Origin: Octopus sinensis
Taxonomy: Eukaryota
Length of the DNA stretch: 64,000 nt
Direction: 5' to 3'
NCBI RefSeq assembly: GCF_006345805.1
Contig: NC_043000.1
Coordinates: 65,410,001 to 65,474,000 of the forward strand
This document shows, in pieces, positions 39,370-53,655 of this stretch (positions are counted from its first letter, which is position 1; each line of letters starts with the position of its first letter). The notes below the pieces were generated by a model. It worked only from the letters and a program-made list of their open reading frames with translations, was not told where the DNA came from and ran no database searches. A program made the translations under genes and the position numbers.

Positions 39370-40559
39370 TAATTGATACAGACAGATTAGTGCTCAGATC
39401 AGATCAAACATCCAAACTCCGACATCAAATGACAGTAAACGTAATAACGATAAATAAGAGTTGGGTATAGAAAATGTATTGGTCGAGCTAATGAAAGTTG
39501 CTTAATATTTGTACACAGATCTGTTTAATTTATGAATTTAATTATCAAATTTAGCAAGAATACTATTATAAGTTTCAACGTAAGACTAATATATAATAAT
39601 TACAGTCGATAACTTGTTGATCGTTTATTATTTTTAATAGATAATAAATATATCAAAGCGGTGCCTCAGCATGGCCGCAGTTTAATGACTGGAACAAGTA
39701 GCCCCTCATCAGAAGGTGCCCAAATACCCATTTCATGCTTCCTCAAAATGCCTCTGAAATTAGTGTAATTTCGAAATTTTCTCAAGGATAGAGAAAGACG
39801 TAAAGTGACAGTAGACTCAGCCCTAAAGATTCGCTACCCTTACCTGACGCTCCCAATATGCCATGGAAGGGGTAAGATCATTTAAACTTTAACCCTCTCC
39901 CGGCACAGTTGCAACAGACACCTATATATACTAAATGTGTGTGTCGCACGCACACATACATGGTGGGAGAGACAATGAGGAGATTTTACTACATTTTTGA
40001 CTTTGAGAAAAAAATGCATGTTTTGGCAAATGTTCACTCCCTTACGAAAACCATATCAACTAAGCAAATGATCTTCTATAACTGTATTAAAAACACTATA
40101 ACATATTCAGAACACTATTTCAGAAAACTATCGCTGTTCTCTTTGAGCTTGTAAGAGACAAATTTAACTGATGAAAAATGAGTAATACAAGATAAGGTAA
40201 ATTTGCCTGTTCAATTCTCCAGAATTACATTTGAAGACTGACTTATACACAAGTGTATGTGTGTCCTTTTATTCTTCTACTTGTTTTAGTTGTTAGACTG
40301 CAGCCACGTTGAAGCACATCCTTAAGGGGTTTTGTCAAACACATCAACCACGGGATCTCTTTTAAGTCTGTTACTTATTGCATTTGTCTCTTTTGCCAAA
40401 CCAGTTTCGGAGACGTAAACAAAGCAAAACAGGTTCTCAAACGGGGAAGGTTAGCAAACGCGTGAGCGCGCACACACGCACACGACGGGCTTCCATATAG
40501 TTTTCGTCTACCAAAAATTACTCACAAGACATTGGTCGGACCAGGGTAAAAAAAGAAGA

Positions 40560-41160
40560 CATTTGACAAGGTACCGCGCTTGTTGCATTACTGGACAGTA
40601 ATGACAATGCATTGCAGAAGAAGGTGGAAGACTTCAGATATTGGAAAGTATGTGCTAAGTGGGTTCTACTGTAGATGATGATCAAGCTGAAGAAGAGAAG
40701 TCTCCTCCGATCTGTTGAAAGCGTTAAAAGCCAATGAGGGTACATTTTTTTCCCGATCAAGTGAAAGGGAATAAAACGTGGGTGTATCCGGAAACGAAGA
40801 CCCAGTCCTTGGAATAGCACCATACATCTTCCCCCAGCGATCGACATAGAAAGTCATTGCGACTGTTTTGCTTTTGTTCCTTCTGGTGAAGAATGGGATG
40901 GCAAGTGCGTCGGTCTCCTTGATTTTCTGGAACGTGGCTTTATCGTGAACAGTGAGTAGTGCATTGGAACACTCAAAATTCTTACTGAAGTTATTATGAG
41001 GAGGAAACCGAACAAGAAACTGAAAACGATCCTCATTCACCATGTTAATACGCGACCAGACACATTTTCGGCAAACAAATGAGGCGATCGAGCCAACTGG
41101 ACTCGTCAGTGACCATACTCCACTGTAAAAAGTCATCGATTCCCACCTAGTCAGTCTAAC
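40560..41160 (+). mobile_element. Mariner transposase remnant
   Basis: Frameshifted TWVYPETKTQS.E.HH.SSP, LLDFLERG..VNSE, IHHVNTRP, PYS. Confidence 0.65.
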
Positions 41161-41195
41161 GAAGGACGGTCTTTGGGGATACAGATCTGATGGAC

Positions 41196-41319
41196 GGGGA
41201 AGGTAAAGAATACGCACACTTGGTGTGTAGGGTTAGGCGTTAGGATTAGGGGTTAGGGTTTAGGGTTAGGATTTTTGTTACGCCGAAAACGAGTGGTGTG
41301 CGTATTTTTTACCTCCACC
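41196..41319. mobile_element. 124-bp MITE with internal TTAGGG-like repeats and a 9-bp TSD
   Basis: TIR ggggaaggtaaagaatacgcacac / gtgtgcgtatttttacctccacc; flanks ctgatggac and ttgatggac. Confidence 0.75.
41229..41270 (+). repeat. Interstitial telomere-like (TTAGGG)n variants inside the MITE
   Basis: gggttaggcgttaggattaggggttagggtttagggttagg. Confidence 0.85.
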
Positions 41320-44300
41320 TTGATGGACATTGACGAGGCGAAAGTGTCTGAAGAGATAGGTTTTGACTGTGCGCATTTGAATTTTTTCCAAGTGAATTCT
41401 AGTTGGGTTGAGTGATGGCGCAATGGCACCCCTTAAGATGGAGACTATGTATTGAGGAAGAGTTATTCTACCAACATTAGCAATTAAATTACTTATGTCA
41501 GTTAATTGAAAAAGTTATGCCCACTTTTGCGTTACTTTCGGTGTAACCATCGCACGCACACATATATACACTATACATACATGGTGAAAATCATAATTTT
41601 AATACTAGTTACCAAAAAAAAACTTTCAAGTATCACGATAGCAAATCTTTCGCCTAAAATGATGAAAAATAAAAATCTACCAATTAAAACAGTATATACA
41701 ACTCACGTGAATAGGATATTTTTTCTTTCTCTTCTTTAAATTTTCTTTTCTTCTTTTAGAATCCCCGATCTGTAAAAGGACCTAATCCAGGTAATAAGTT
41801 AATACGTACTGACAGAATAATTGCTAACCACCCACTCTCTCTACCTACCACCCCCACTCCAAAAAATGTATACATCACACAAGTTTGTCATATCCGTTCC
41901 CTTCCTTTGGACGCATCCGGATTGCTTTCCTGCGAGGACATAGCTAACATACTATACAAAGGAGTTATTTATTTCCGCATCATTTGACAATAAACTATCA
42001 ATCCTCCTCTCTTCCCTCTTAGAATGAATACACAATATCTTATGTTTGTTTCGTTATGGAAAACATTTTTACGTCAAACTGAACTTCCTGACACATTTCA
42101 CAAACATGAAAATTGAAATTAAAAAAAGAAATAGATGTTACATTTTCTATGAATGGTACACTAAAAAAGGAAATGAAATAAAATTTATTTATAGTACAGT
42201 GTTTATTGACTTTAACCATTTTTACAAGAGTATAATAATAGTTGTCTCCGGGGAGGAAAGAGCGCTGGTTATAACCCATTAATTTTTCAGGAAGAAACAA
42301 GTTATTCTCAAACCGGAGATCTGGTCTAAACGCTTGCAGCAGAGTGAACTCCGACAAAGTCACCTAAGGGCCAGACGGTGGTGTCAAATCGAGAGACTGA
42401 TTAAGCCTACCACCCAAGGACTCAATATATAGAGCTACTAACGTAGCTAGAGTGTGTATTGCCCGTGACAACCCTCCAGTTTACCCCACAAAAAGTACAT
42501 ATTGCTTACAGCGGACCCAAAAGTGGTTCCGCCCGGGGAGGACCTCGCCCTTTAGCTTAGACAAATACCGCTGGGTATGTCGCCTAACGCTCTAACAATT
42601 CCGCAGATCCACCACGCTGGATCTCTTTACTCTTCTAATTTATCATCTAAAATGTATCGTTCTAATTGGCTTTATACAAACATGCATGCAAATGTTTGAC
42701 TAAGACATTTTACTAGATACCCCTTCAATGGAAAACGAACGCCAAAACATATAGCAGCACATGAGAAAAATGGGCCCTTCTTTCTCCATTCTAAAACCGT
42801 GAAAACAATTAGACCTCGCACTTACGACGAAACATGCCTTAGTACTTCCGCTCCACATCTACCTTTCACATTATCCATTTATCCAACTTTTATGAAATAG
42901 TTTTCTTGAGTTATCATTCGCATAATTATAGATTTATGATCCTCGACGGTAATAATGAGCTCTGTGCGGAGTTGGGTTGTAGGAGTAGCACTGACGATTC
43001 TGTTTTTATGTGGTGCATATTGCAAACTAAAAAGCCACATAAAGCAGCGTTACGAGAATTTTCGTCAATAGGAGAAATTTCGCACGTTAAGTTTGAACTC
43101 GCCTACTGATAAAATCTCAAGAGCATACCAAGAAAGCGTTTTAAACACTAAGACCAAAACATAATTTAATATAAAATCCATATTATATTACTTCAATTTA
43201 GAACTTAACTGTCTCCAAACTATACTCATGAGTTGAACACTGCTTTGCAAGCTATCGAAACACTCGTGAGTTTAATGTTTTCTTGCTGCGGTAATTTTTT
43301 TCCTATCATACTGTACGAACTTATAGCCAAGTGCCCTGGTCCATTTGAAAGAAAAATATCTTGCACGAACAAAGAAAGCAACGTCCATGATATAACACGA
43401 ACTACGATATTCAGTCATGTGATGCTTCTCATTATCTGTTTTACTCTCCTCCAAGTCACACCACAAAGTGAAAAGACTCTACGAGGATCTTTTGTTTGGC
43501 TCACATTTAAAAATTTTTTTAAAATTAAGTGGAAATGTTTCATATTTGGTATATTGGTGTACATTTTCACGCTAAATCTCATGTTATTCCCTTGTCCTAG
43601 AAAAGTTTTAGAAAACTGTCAGAGGTTCAAAGTTTGATTAATTTTACCCAGTCAGAAAAGCGGATTTGGAAGCTGGCGTCTACTGCGTGATAGCTGTCTG
43701 TGGCATGAAACAAAACGTTGAATTACGAAAAAAAAAAAAAAAAAAATGAACGTTAAATTACAAAAAGCAAACTGTAGTTCAGTTCATGTAAATAATGCAT
43801 ATTGTGTAGCGAAAATTCAAAAATAAAAGTTTGCGATGCACTGTAGGAGTTTGTCAAGCAAATTACAACTTTAATTTCTCCTGCACCACATACTCGAAGA
43901 GATAAGAGTCGACTATAGAATGGTGAATTCCACAGCGTCATTTATTACTTCGTTTTACAGAGGCCCTTGTGCTTTCCACTTGTTGCGTGTGGGTATTATC
44001 TTTTGAGTTAAACTCAACATCCTGGTTCACTGTTCTTTTAAAAACTATAGCCATCAATTGCAGATATATGAGAGTACGCCTTCCACAAGTTACCGAGAAT
44101 TGTCGTTCCTAGAAGAACCGACTGACATATGTATTCCTCCAGTGTGTCACGATTCCAACATGGTACTACATAAAGAAAAACATGTCTGGTTTTGCGACAC
44201 ATTCCTCTGAAAACCTACTTCTCAGGTAGCACCCTTCCTCAGTTGTATTTAAGTCTTCAGAAGACAGTTTCAAATCGACTGTTTCGTCTATCTCAACAAG

Positions 44301-45326
44301 CTTCACATGACAGACTTTATCTCGACTTGTTACTATGGAAACAAGTACTTATATGTGTATGGCTTTCGATTGACTTAAGCAGATTATACCTTGACTTGTC
44401 ATTACGGTAACAGGCACCAATGTCTATGGCTAAAATTACCCTAAATTTACAAACTTTAAAAGCTATTAACTTTTTATTTATTAACTTATAGTAAAAATGA
44501 AGTTCATGTCAATGATTATTTTACAAAACTACATCAATACACCAAACTTGAAATCATTTGGAACAAAATTAAAGGAATTGGAAAGTGTGAACCAAACAGA
44601 AAAGATCCATCATAGATCTGTTCTGAGTTGATTTGGATCACAAGAACAATTGTTGATTAAGTCTTTCAAATTGACAAAATATCTGCTAAGTTTCTAAAAA
44701 CGATTCTGTAGTATATTTCCTTTAACTCTACCCAGATTAATACTGATCGAACAAACTTATAACATTTAAGCAGTCGGTCAAACTTTTTTCAAACTAGCGG
44801 TTTAGTCGTGACTGTCCTATCGTTTTTTTATATTTTTAGTTTTTGTGCAGTGTATCCAAGATTGCGTTTATTAAGATAGTAGTATGTGGTTTGTGGGGAA
44901 TTTGGCTGCTACTTTTAACAGTCGGGCTATTGTGTAAGAGATACTCTCAAGAGGACTGAGTCATTCTACTATGTTTCCAACAAAAACTAGAAATTATAAA
45001 TAGAAGACTGAAACATTCATTTATGTGAATTTCTTCTTGGTTAGTTGATAATGAAATGGTAATACAATCAAACAAAATATGAATATATCCTATTTGAAAG
45101 GAAGAGATTGTAAGAGATCGTTTCTTGGATTCACAGCCAAGAATCGAAACCTTAACCTAGATTCTCCTACATCTTTATCTCTTTCTTCTACTTTTTTCTC
45201 CGACATTGGTACTCGGATATTTATGAGATCATCTGTCAAACTTATCCTGATTCCTTAGCTTGAGCTCATTTTGAAGTTATGATGAGTAAGGCATATTCAT
45301 TCCTCTTTTAGATGGTCAAGGTGAAG

Positions 45327-46369
45327 TGTGGTGTGACCATTTTATAACGACTCCGTTCAGAAGGCTAGAATAATTCATATAATGTGCCAGTTAGAATAGA
45401 GAAAGACACAACCGAGTAGAATGTTTGAGAGAAGAGGTTTTATTGATATGTTAACTTGTGTGTGCGCGCGCGCGTCATGTATACAGAATAAATGACAGGT
45501 CGTCATGAGAACAAAGTGTATGTGTGTATAGGCATAGATGTATGCGTATGCGTTAAGTACATATAAGAATAGCAAAGAAAGAAACGGTGAAAGAGTCTAT
45601 AATGAGAAGTTAGACGAATGTTCATAGCCACAAGAATGAGAGATACCAGTTCGTAGTCAATCATACACGGTGATTGAAATAACGTATGAAGAAGTTATGG
45701 CGATGATGCAGAGCCGGTTACGGTACGTGTCGTTCGAAGTTGTGGCTGTAATGCTACTGCCTGGGTTACTGGAGTTCTCGCAGGTTGTATATTCGCTGTT
45801 AACCATGGTGAAGTGATTTACAAACAGCGCTATGTTAGAACCTGTGCAGTGTTGCTGGTTGGCCTGTGTACGTAGAGATGTTGTTGACGACGTTAAGAAG
45901 ATGATGGTGTCGACGAAGAAAGAGATTGCCGTAATACTGTTGGAGGGGTGTTGTCGTCTGGCTCGCAGGTTGTATTTTGTTGTTGATCTCTGGTGAAGTA
46001 ATTCACGAACAGTGCTGTGTTGAAACCTGGGCGTCTGGCGGAGTCGTTGGAACTGGTTGTGACTTGTGAGATCAGTGGCTAGACTTTAAAAGGTCTGGAA
46101 CCAAAGACCTCGAGATGAAGAGTAGCTGGATTTTTATAAGTAACAGTAAGCTCAAATTGAATTGCGAACAGGCTGTCTCACGTGATCTTATTTAGGGACT
46201 TCGACTGGTTATACGCTGCATATTGGCGCGACTGAATAAGAGGCAAATTGCGTCAATACCAACCAGAGTAGTGGACACAACGGGGTCCAAATATTTATCA
46301 AAGGTTAGCTGTTATCTACTACGTTCCTATGTACGTATATATAATAACGAGGAGAGGAATTTCACTAGA
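45327..46369 (+). mobile_element. Diverged LTR copy, same family as 53656-54569
   Basis: Collinear shared blocks (taccagttcgtagt, ttctcgcagg, gctgttaacc.tggtga, tttacaaacagcg, cattggcgcg). Confidence 0.6.
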
Positions 46370-46999
46370 CTGTACGCTACTCTCACAGGAATTCAGAGAG
46401 CCCATCACGGCCAGTATATTTTCGCTTCCACACGCCATACGGCTTTGCTTTATAGCAAGCAGCTTTTCCAACGAGACAAATTCCTAAAGGCGCGCGAGTT
46501 TCATTTCTATTGTACCTCTAAAGTGTTGGCTACGACTACAGCCTTGTATGCTGACCCTACGTGCGAAATAAAACGGTAAACAATATTTTTCGTTTCTACG
46601 TTGATTATTACGCTGTCTCACAGCGTTGAACAGTTCAACCATAACGTGATCCGTGACAAGATTATTAAAATACAACACTCTTTACCCACTGAATTATTCA
46701 ATTGATGTCGTTGCAGCATATTACATTACTTGTGCAAAGCTAACTTGTCACAAAAATTAAGTGGGTATAAAAGTGTCGCTCGCTGTAATGCCACCACTAG
46801 GCCATTGGGATGCGCTATTAGTGGAGTTCGTTCTGTTACAAGGATTCGGGGATGGCCTTAAGTCTGATAACTTTCATCCCACAAATTACACAAACCCTTA
46901 TAGCTTTGTTAAGCTATACGCAAACCAACTAGTGGAGAAGAGAATACATTATCAAAGGTTTATTACTTAACGTACATCAGGGTTTAAGTCGCCAGTTAT

Positions 47000-49900
47000 T
47001 TCTGTTTAGTTCATTCAGATTCGTTTCACACTCACTGTTAACATTTTTTTTGTTTTTCTTCTCGTCCCAGAAGTTCCCTTTTTTGCTGCTGGCCAACTTC
47101 CTAGCTAGCCGCAGCGATGTTTCTGTCTACAGTTCGTCTGTCACGAATTCTGCCCTACATAGCTCTCCCCACAGAACTGTTGGCTGTCATTGGAAACAGG
47201 ATGGCGTTTTAATTGTCCTGACCATGCGTGTGGTTACTTGATTGTTTGGTGACTGTTCCTTGTCAAGGGTTGGTGTGATCTGTCTAGGACGGCCCCTGTT
47301 TGGTAGGTGGGCCACTTGAACGGGGCTGTCAATATCGAGATGTGTCGGTTTCAATCAATCGATGGAAACTGTGTCTTGTTGTCCATTAATTAGGAGTTGG
47401 AATGTTTTATCTCCCGGATGTATGACTTGATATGGACCATCGCAGGGTGACTGGAGGGGTTTTCGTCGTGTGTCACATTGAACGAACACAAAGTTAGCCG
47501 TGCGGAGGTTATTTGGTAAGGATGATCTGGGTGTACCAAGTGTTGACATGGGAACAGGGCGCAACTGGCCCACGCTGTCTCTCGGTTCAGTGAGGTACCT
47601 TTTGACATCTGGGTCTGACTTCGTATTTGGAAGACACTCTCCTGGCACTGTAAGAAGAGCACTATACACCATTTCCGCGGAGGAAGTGTTGCGATTTTCT
47701 TTTGGGGTGGTGCGGATTGGTCAATCCAATTTGGCCCGTAAGTTTGGTTGTAAGGCATTCCTTCAGGTGGCGGTGAAATCTCTCCACTAATCTGTTGGCC
47801 TGTGGGTGGTAAGCTATTGTACAGTTCATTGTGATTCCGAAAGTCACACATGTCATTCCACAGCTTTGAGGTAGGTCGATGTTAACATGGCGGAATCGGG
47901 CCTGAGGTGGTTCATAGTTGCCGAGCGGTGCTTTGGTATGTTGATGGACCTTGGCTTGTTGACAGGGGATGCAGTACCTGGCCCAGTACCTAATTTGCTT
48001 GGCCATACCGTGCTAGATAAATTTGCATGACAGCAGCCGCCGTGTGACTTTAGTACCTGGGTGGGAAAGTCCGTGAGTGATGTCGAAAACTTTCTTGCGC
48101 CAGGCTGATGGGACGAACGGTCGTGGTTTCCCAGTGGATACGTCACACAGTAAGGTTGTGCCGTTAGAGCCAAGCGTACATCTTACAAAGAAAATGATGT
48201 GATGGCAGTGCGGTAGGCCCTGATCTCGTCGTATGTCTGATGGGTCGCTCCATAGCTTCGTAATCCTAGCCCTCCGTTATTGGTACTAGGTAGGTGTGAG
48301 AGTGGGTAGGAGCACGAGAGAGTGCGCCAGCAACTGGGTTGCCCTTGCCGGTTATGTGTTGGATGTCTGTGGTGTACTCAGAAATTGCCGATAGTTGTCG
48401 TTGCTGGCGTGCAGACCAAGGCTCCGAGAACTTGTTCTTAGCTAAGGTGAGTGGTTTGTGATCCATGAATACTGTAAACGTGCAACCTTCAAGGAAATAG
48501 CGAAAGTGGCGGACACCTAGATGGACAGCCAGTAGTTCCTGTCAAAAGCACTGTATTTCTGTTCAGAGGGTTGTAGCTGTCGGCTGAAGAAGGCGAGCAG
48601 TCGCCACTGACTGTTGATATATTGTTCCAAAAAGCGCCCAATGGCTGTGTCGGATGCGTCAACTGTGAGTGCAGTCCAAGCTCACATATGAGGAGGGGAT
48701 AGCATGGTTGCTTGAGCCAGGGCTTGTTTTGTGGATTCGAAGGCTGAAGTCATTGTGTTATCCCACTCCACCTGTCTTTTTGAACCCTCTTTTGACAGTG
48801 CCTTATATAGGGGCCTCATAACTTTTGCTGCAGAACGGATAAAGCGATGGTAAAACTTTATCATACCCACGAACTGATATAGAACCTCGCTTGTGGGGCG
48901 TGGAAAGGATAGGATGGTTTTTACTTTTCCTGGTAGGGGTGTAGTGCCGGCACTTGTGATTCGATGTCTCAAGAAGTCGATTTCTGTCGCACCGAAAACG
49001 CACTTGACGGCGTTGATAACTAAACCATGCTGTTCCAGTCTATCAAAAAGAGTCACTAGGTGCTTCTTACTTAGCTCTGTATTTGGGCTTGCAATAAGGA
49101 TATCATCTAATTATGCAAAGACAAAATCGAGACCTCTGCATACAGCGTCCATCAGGCGTTTGAAGGATTGTGCTGCATTTTTCAGCCCAAAGGATGTACG
49201 TAGGAATTCGTACAGATCGAAAGGAGTAATCACAGCGGTTTTCGGTACATTGTCGTCTTGTACTGGTATTTGGTGGTATCCTCAGATGAAGTCAACCTTG
49301 GAGAAAACCGAGCACTCTGCTAATTGGGATGAAAACTCTTGTATGTTTAGAATGGGGTAGCGGTCAGGTGTCGTATCCGCGTTGAGACGGCGATAATCTC
49401 CGCATGGTCGATAACCTTGTTGGATTTGGGGGCCACATGCAGAGGTGATGACCAGGTACTGCTTGATCAGCGAAATATACCCAATGCCTCCATATCGTCT
49501 AACTTTGTGATTTGCCTTTGCGATTGCAAGTTTGTCTGGTGATAGACGACGTGCCTGGCTGCGCACTGGGGGGCCGGTGGAGGAGATGTAGTGTCTCACC
49601 CCGTGACAGGCTGTAGGTTTGGAGAATGTCGGAGAGGTGAGATTAGGGCGACTTACAAGAAGATCCGAGAATTTGTTTCTGGTCTGCGATATGGTTGCTA
49701 TGCGGAGGGCGGCATCTGCAAATGTTGCAAGAGGCACGAAAGTGTATGTGTCGTTGTCGAGGTGTCGTCTTCTCCGAAAATCCACAACTAGCAAGTATGC
49801 TCGAAGAAAGTCTGCGGAGGAATATTTCTTTAACAAAAAGGAAGGTGACTCACGGGGAAGGGACTAATGCCAACATCCTGTCCTTCAGCTTCGAAGGATT

Positions 49901-50218
49901 GGAATCACTTAATTCCTCCTCTAGTATCTTGGCTGCTGCTTCTCTTTCACTGCATCGGAATGTATCCATTAGCCTATCTTTCAATATGGCGTATTTTTTC
50001 GTTGGTGGGTGAAGGGTTAAAATATCCAGCACCCTCTTGCCGTGTTTTCGTCTAGTGCCGCCACAACGTGCGAGTACTTTGTTTGGTCGGCCGTTACCTA
50101 GTTTATATCGAATTGAGCCTCCGCCTCTTAGGCCGGAACTGTGGTAGCCTCAGTGTTGTTTTGTTGCTAGCCAACTTCCTAGCGAGCCCGCAGCGTCCGT
50201 CACGAATCCTGCCCTACA
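47000..50218 (-). mobile_element. Ty3/Gypsy LTR retrotransposon, degenerate (gag-RT-RNaseH-INT)
   Basis: RT CGDYRRLN and KCVFG..EIDFL, RNase H DHKPL...G..NPVA.ALSR, integrase YHPQAN.LVERFHR; matching LTR starts TGTAGGGCAG at 50218 and ~47159, PPT GGGGAGAGC; YLDD mutated to stop-LDD (49102-49113). Confidence 0.93.
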
Positions 50219-50739
50219 AGCTCATACCTTTCATGCTATTAAGTTAGACATGGCCTGGGCCAATACTGGCCAAAACCTTTCTAAGTTAAATCTAAGTATA
50301 TTATATTTAACGCACTATTAGTCGTTTTTTTTTTAAATGTACTTTTTATTACATAAAATTTCGTGACGCACGAGCAAATTTTCATTCCGTAAATGTGGCC
50401 CAGAAAAAAAAAAGTTTTAGAACCTCAGTTGTAGGTAATTATGTTTGGGCATGGCGAAATATTACCTTACTTGGAAAGAGTATTGGCGATTGGCGATGGG
50501 AAAGGCATCCGGCTGTACAATATATGTGTGATTCATATGAGTATGCAAAGGAGATATTTCATATCTACTATATGAATGCGAGTGTATGAGTTTATGTATG
50601 CGTTTTTCGGCTCGAAAGACACTGAAACGGTGCTTCCTCAAGAAATACGAATTTGATTTTCGTTCCCAAGAGAAGGTCGTCCATAAATAATAAAAGTATA
50701 ATTTTCTACGAGAAATTACTCAACTTTTAGATCGATACC

Positions 50740-51274
50740 TTTCTTACTCTCTATCTGTTACTACCTGCGAGAACTTTCTGTACCAAGTAACCCGGCACAG
50801 GATAGCAGCCACAACCTCTACACGCGTAGTAACCGGCTCTCCACCTTGTAGTCTCAACCTCTTTGTACAGAACTATTACTATTGCGTTCATTACTACAGA
50901 CTGGTATTTATCGACATCTTGTGTGATCTACTTCTAGCGTTCTGAGATACTCATTTCTATGCTCTGTATTTTATCTCACGCGCATACACCTTTGTTTGTA
51001 CACACATTATTGTATGTTTGACGGCCTGTCTTATTGTTCTCTTATATGTACTTATGACATGAACACAGATACACACTATTGTCGCACTCATGTACACACG
51101 CTCTGCTACCCACATGTTAACATCTAAATAAAACCTTTCTCTTAACATTACGGTTGTGTCGTCTTCTCTTTCTTATTCATTATCCAATATATTTTGGCTT
51201 TTATTGTAGGCGACCGTGCGGTGTTTAAAAGGAGACATTCATTCGTCACCCTCCTTTCGTACGGTCGTTCTACA
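50740..51274 (-). mobile_element. Partial LTR copy in inverted orientation, same family
   Basis: Reverse complement starts TGTAGAACGACCGTACG and continues aatgaatgtctccttttaaacaccgcacggtcgcctacaataaaagccaaaa, matching 53656 onward. Confidence 0.65.
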
Positions 51275-52859
51275 CACCCCATTGCACATCTTTCGCATTT
51301 AGTAGCTATGTTTCGCTACCATGCAACATCACAAACATAAGACAACTTATTCTTCTTTAGCAGGAGCATCTTTACTGAAAGCAGAGTTAATACTATCCTC
51401 GATTTTTTCCTCTCTATCCTCTTTATCCTGATTACTCTGCTTTCAGAATACCTACCACGACAGCTTATTAGATCACCTAGATAACAGAAATTTACTATTT
51501 TTAAGAAACAGTACATATATCTAAAAGAACTCGTTTCATAATGCTTTTATTAACTGCTTCTGTACGTCTGCTTCATAGGAAGTCTTCTCTGCCAGTTTGC
51601 TGGCGATTCTACTCCTTTTCTGCATATTAACAATGGCGACTTCCCAAGATGTCAGGAAAGTTTTCTCTTCTTTACCATCAACTTAAACTTTCGCATTTAT
51701 TACCTTTATTTTAAGACATCTCTATCCTAAGCTTTACTTTCATGTTTGGAATTTCATCTCCAATTCTTCGGTAATTTCAGCAATGGGAACTAGGTCATCT
51801 GCATGCAGTAGTTCTTAAGGCCGGGAGGTGGTGAGGCCCTTAAACTCCTGTTACGGCCAGGAGAATAATGATAAACAGGAAGGGGCTAAAAACTGAACCC
51901 TGTTGGACATCTACCTGCATGCTAAATTTCTCGCTGAGCCCGTAGCTAACTCTCACCTTTCTTTATATGACTTGTTAGGTTAGCCAAGATAAATAGGTAG
52001 AAATGAGAAGTAGAGGTAAGAAGCTGTGTTCATAAACGTGAATTACCGAATAGTTAATGTTTTATATTTCCATACATTTATTTCTGTAAAGATTTGTATT
52101 TGCATATGTACAATGAATTAATTGTGTGATTTTTATAAAGAGTTTGTACTACATGAGACAGAAATAATGTTTTAGTTAATAATTGTACAGGATTAGGCAA
52201 GTAAATATGCGGAAAGACATTTATATGCATGCATGGATGCATGTAAGTATGTATGTTATTCAGTTTTATTTCAAGATTTCTTGCCAATAGAGAAAGAACC
52301 GGTTTCTAACCTAGATCCAAGGCTCCTTCATTGGAATTTAAACATCAATAACAAGGTGTTTTTGTATGAATGTATGTATGTGTACGTGCAGATTTGTATG
52401 TTTTGTTTCATTTATGCCTTCTCATGCATATACTTGCATTTCTTGACATGCTCATATATACTTAAAAGATAAACTTCTGGAAAGTTTTACAGATTTTTAC
52501 AGTTCTAGTGGTGGATTGTATAATGGAAGGCAAGATTTACGATATCTGAAGAATATCGTCTTCTTCCATCATCTTTTTGTTCTTTGTGTAGTTCAGGCTT
52601 CCGGCAGGCGAAGAGAGAAAACTTCAAGTACAAATGCTATTTACAACTGGTTTATTTACAGGTTTTACAGGATATGTGAAGTGTGCTGCTCTCAGCAACC
52701 ATCTTAAGCTATGTGCGTTGTGCAGTAGCTCCGTTTGTGCGGGCACATTGCCTCTGGAGATACAACCTACAGACAGGACCAGCCAGTTGTGGTGTTCAGC
52801 AAGCGCTGCTGTGTAGTGGCGCCAAAAGAGAGCGTCTGCTACAATTGTATCTGTGGTCT

Positions 52860-53140
52860 TCTAATCAGCTTTCTCTTTTCTGGTTTTGAAAAGCCTAATT
52901 TCTCAAGATTGGTATTTAGGTAGTGTGTTACATATCCCAGAGCCCCAATAATTACAGGAATAAACCTGAACTTGTACTTTGAAAAGAGTACCGGTAACTT
53001 CAGATTTCTCAGTAGTTCAGCGTAGGAATTCTCTTTTTTACTGATCTTCATGTTAACATCCGCTGGGCAGCTGATATCCACAACTATACACAGTTTCTCT
53101 TCTCTATCCCCAAATCATTATATCAAGCTTATTGTGTTTA
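52860..53140 (-). mobile_element. Second fragment of the same RLE-type family
   Basis: DISCPADVNMKISKKENSYAELLRNL...FIPVIIGALG, homologous to 27656-27970. Confidence 0.75.
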
Positions 53141-53655
53141 CATTTCATCGAGGTTTTCACTGGGATATTCCACCAATACACTTTTTATTATGAGTGGCTA
53201 TGACTTCTACCATGCTGTGGGTTCTTTATCTTTGTCCTTAGGGTTATGTATGTATGTATGTATGTATGTATGTATGTATGCATGCATGCATATATGTAGC
53301 TGTTACAACCCAAGATTGATTAACTTTTGCCAAACTTAATATAGAAAGCATTTTATGCAAAACAAGTTGAAGAAAGTGAGAACCTCTTCTATGAAACCGA
53401 ACGAGAGTTCCATGTAACACCCGAATTAATTCTGTCCTGGAGTTCAATATTTCAGCTTTTTATAAATCTTCGGATATACTATTCAGCGGGAATTACACAT
53501 AACTTTCTTTTAAGTCGACCATCTTACTGACAACATGCCAGCCGATACTGATGGAGCTAAAAACGTTTCCGTTGGCGCTAATGCTGGATCTTTGTAGTTT
53601 GAGTCACTGCATGTCGAAATCTTTAAAACATTTTTTTTAATATATCATATAGATG

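Noticed and set aside
41229-41270. Chromosome end or true telomere
   Set aside because: Short, degenerate, and enclosed by TIRs and a TSD.
44146-44410. Possible short solo LTR (TG...CA)
   Set aside because: No matching TSD and no second copy in the window.
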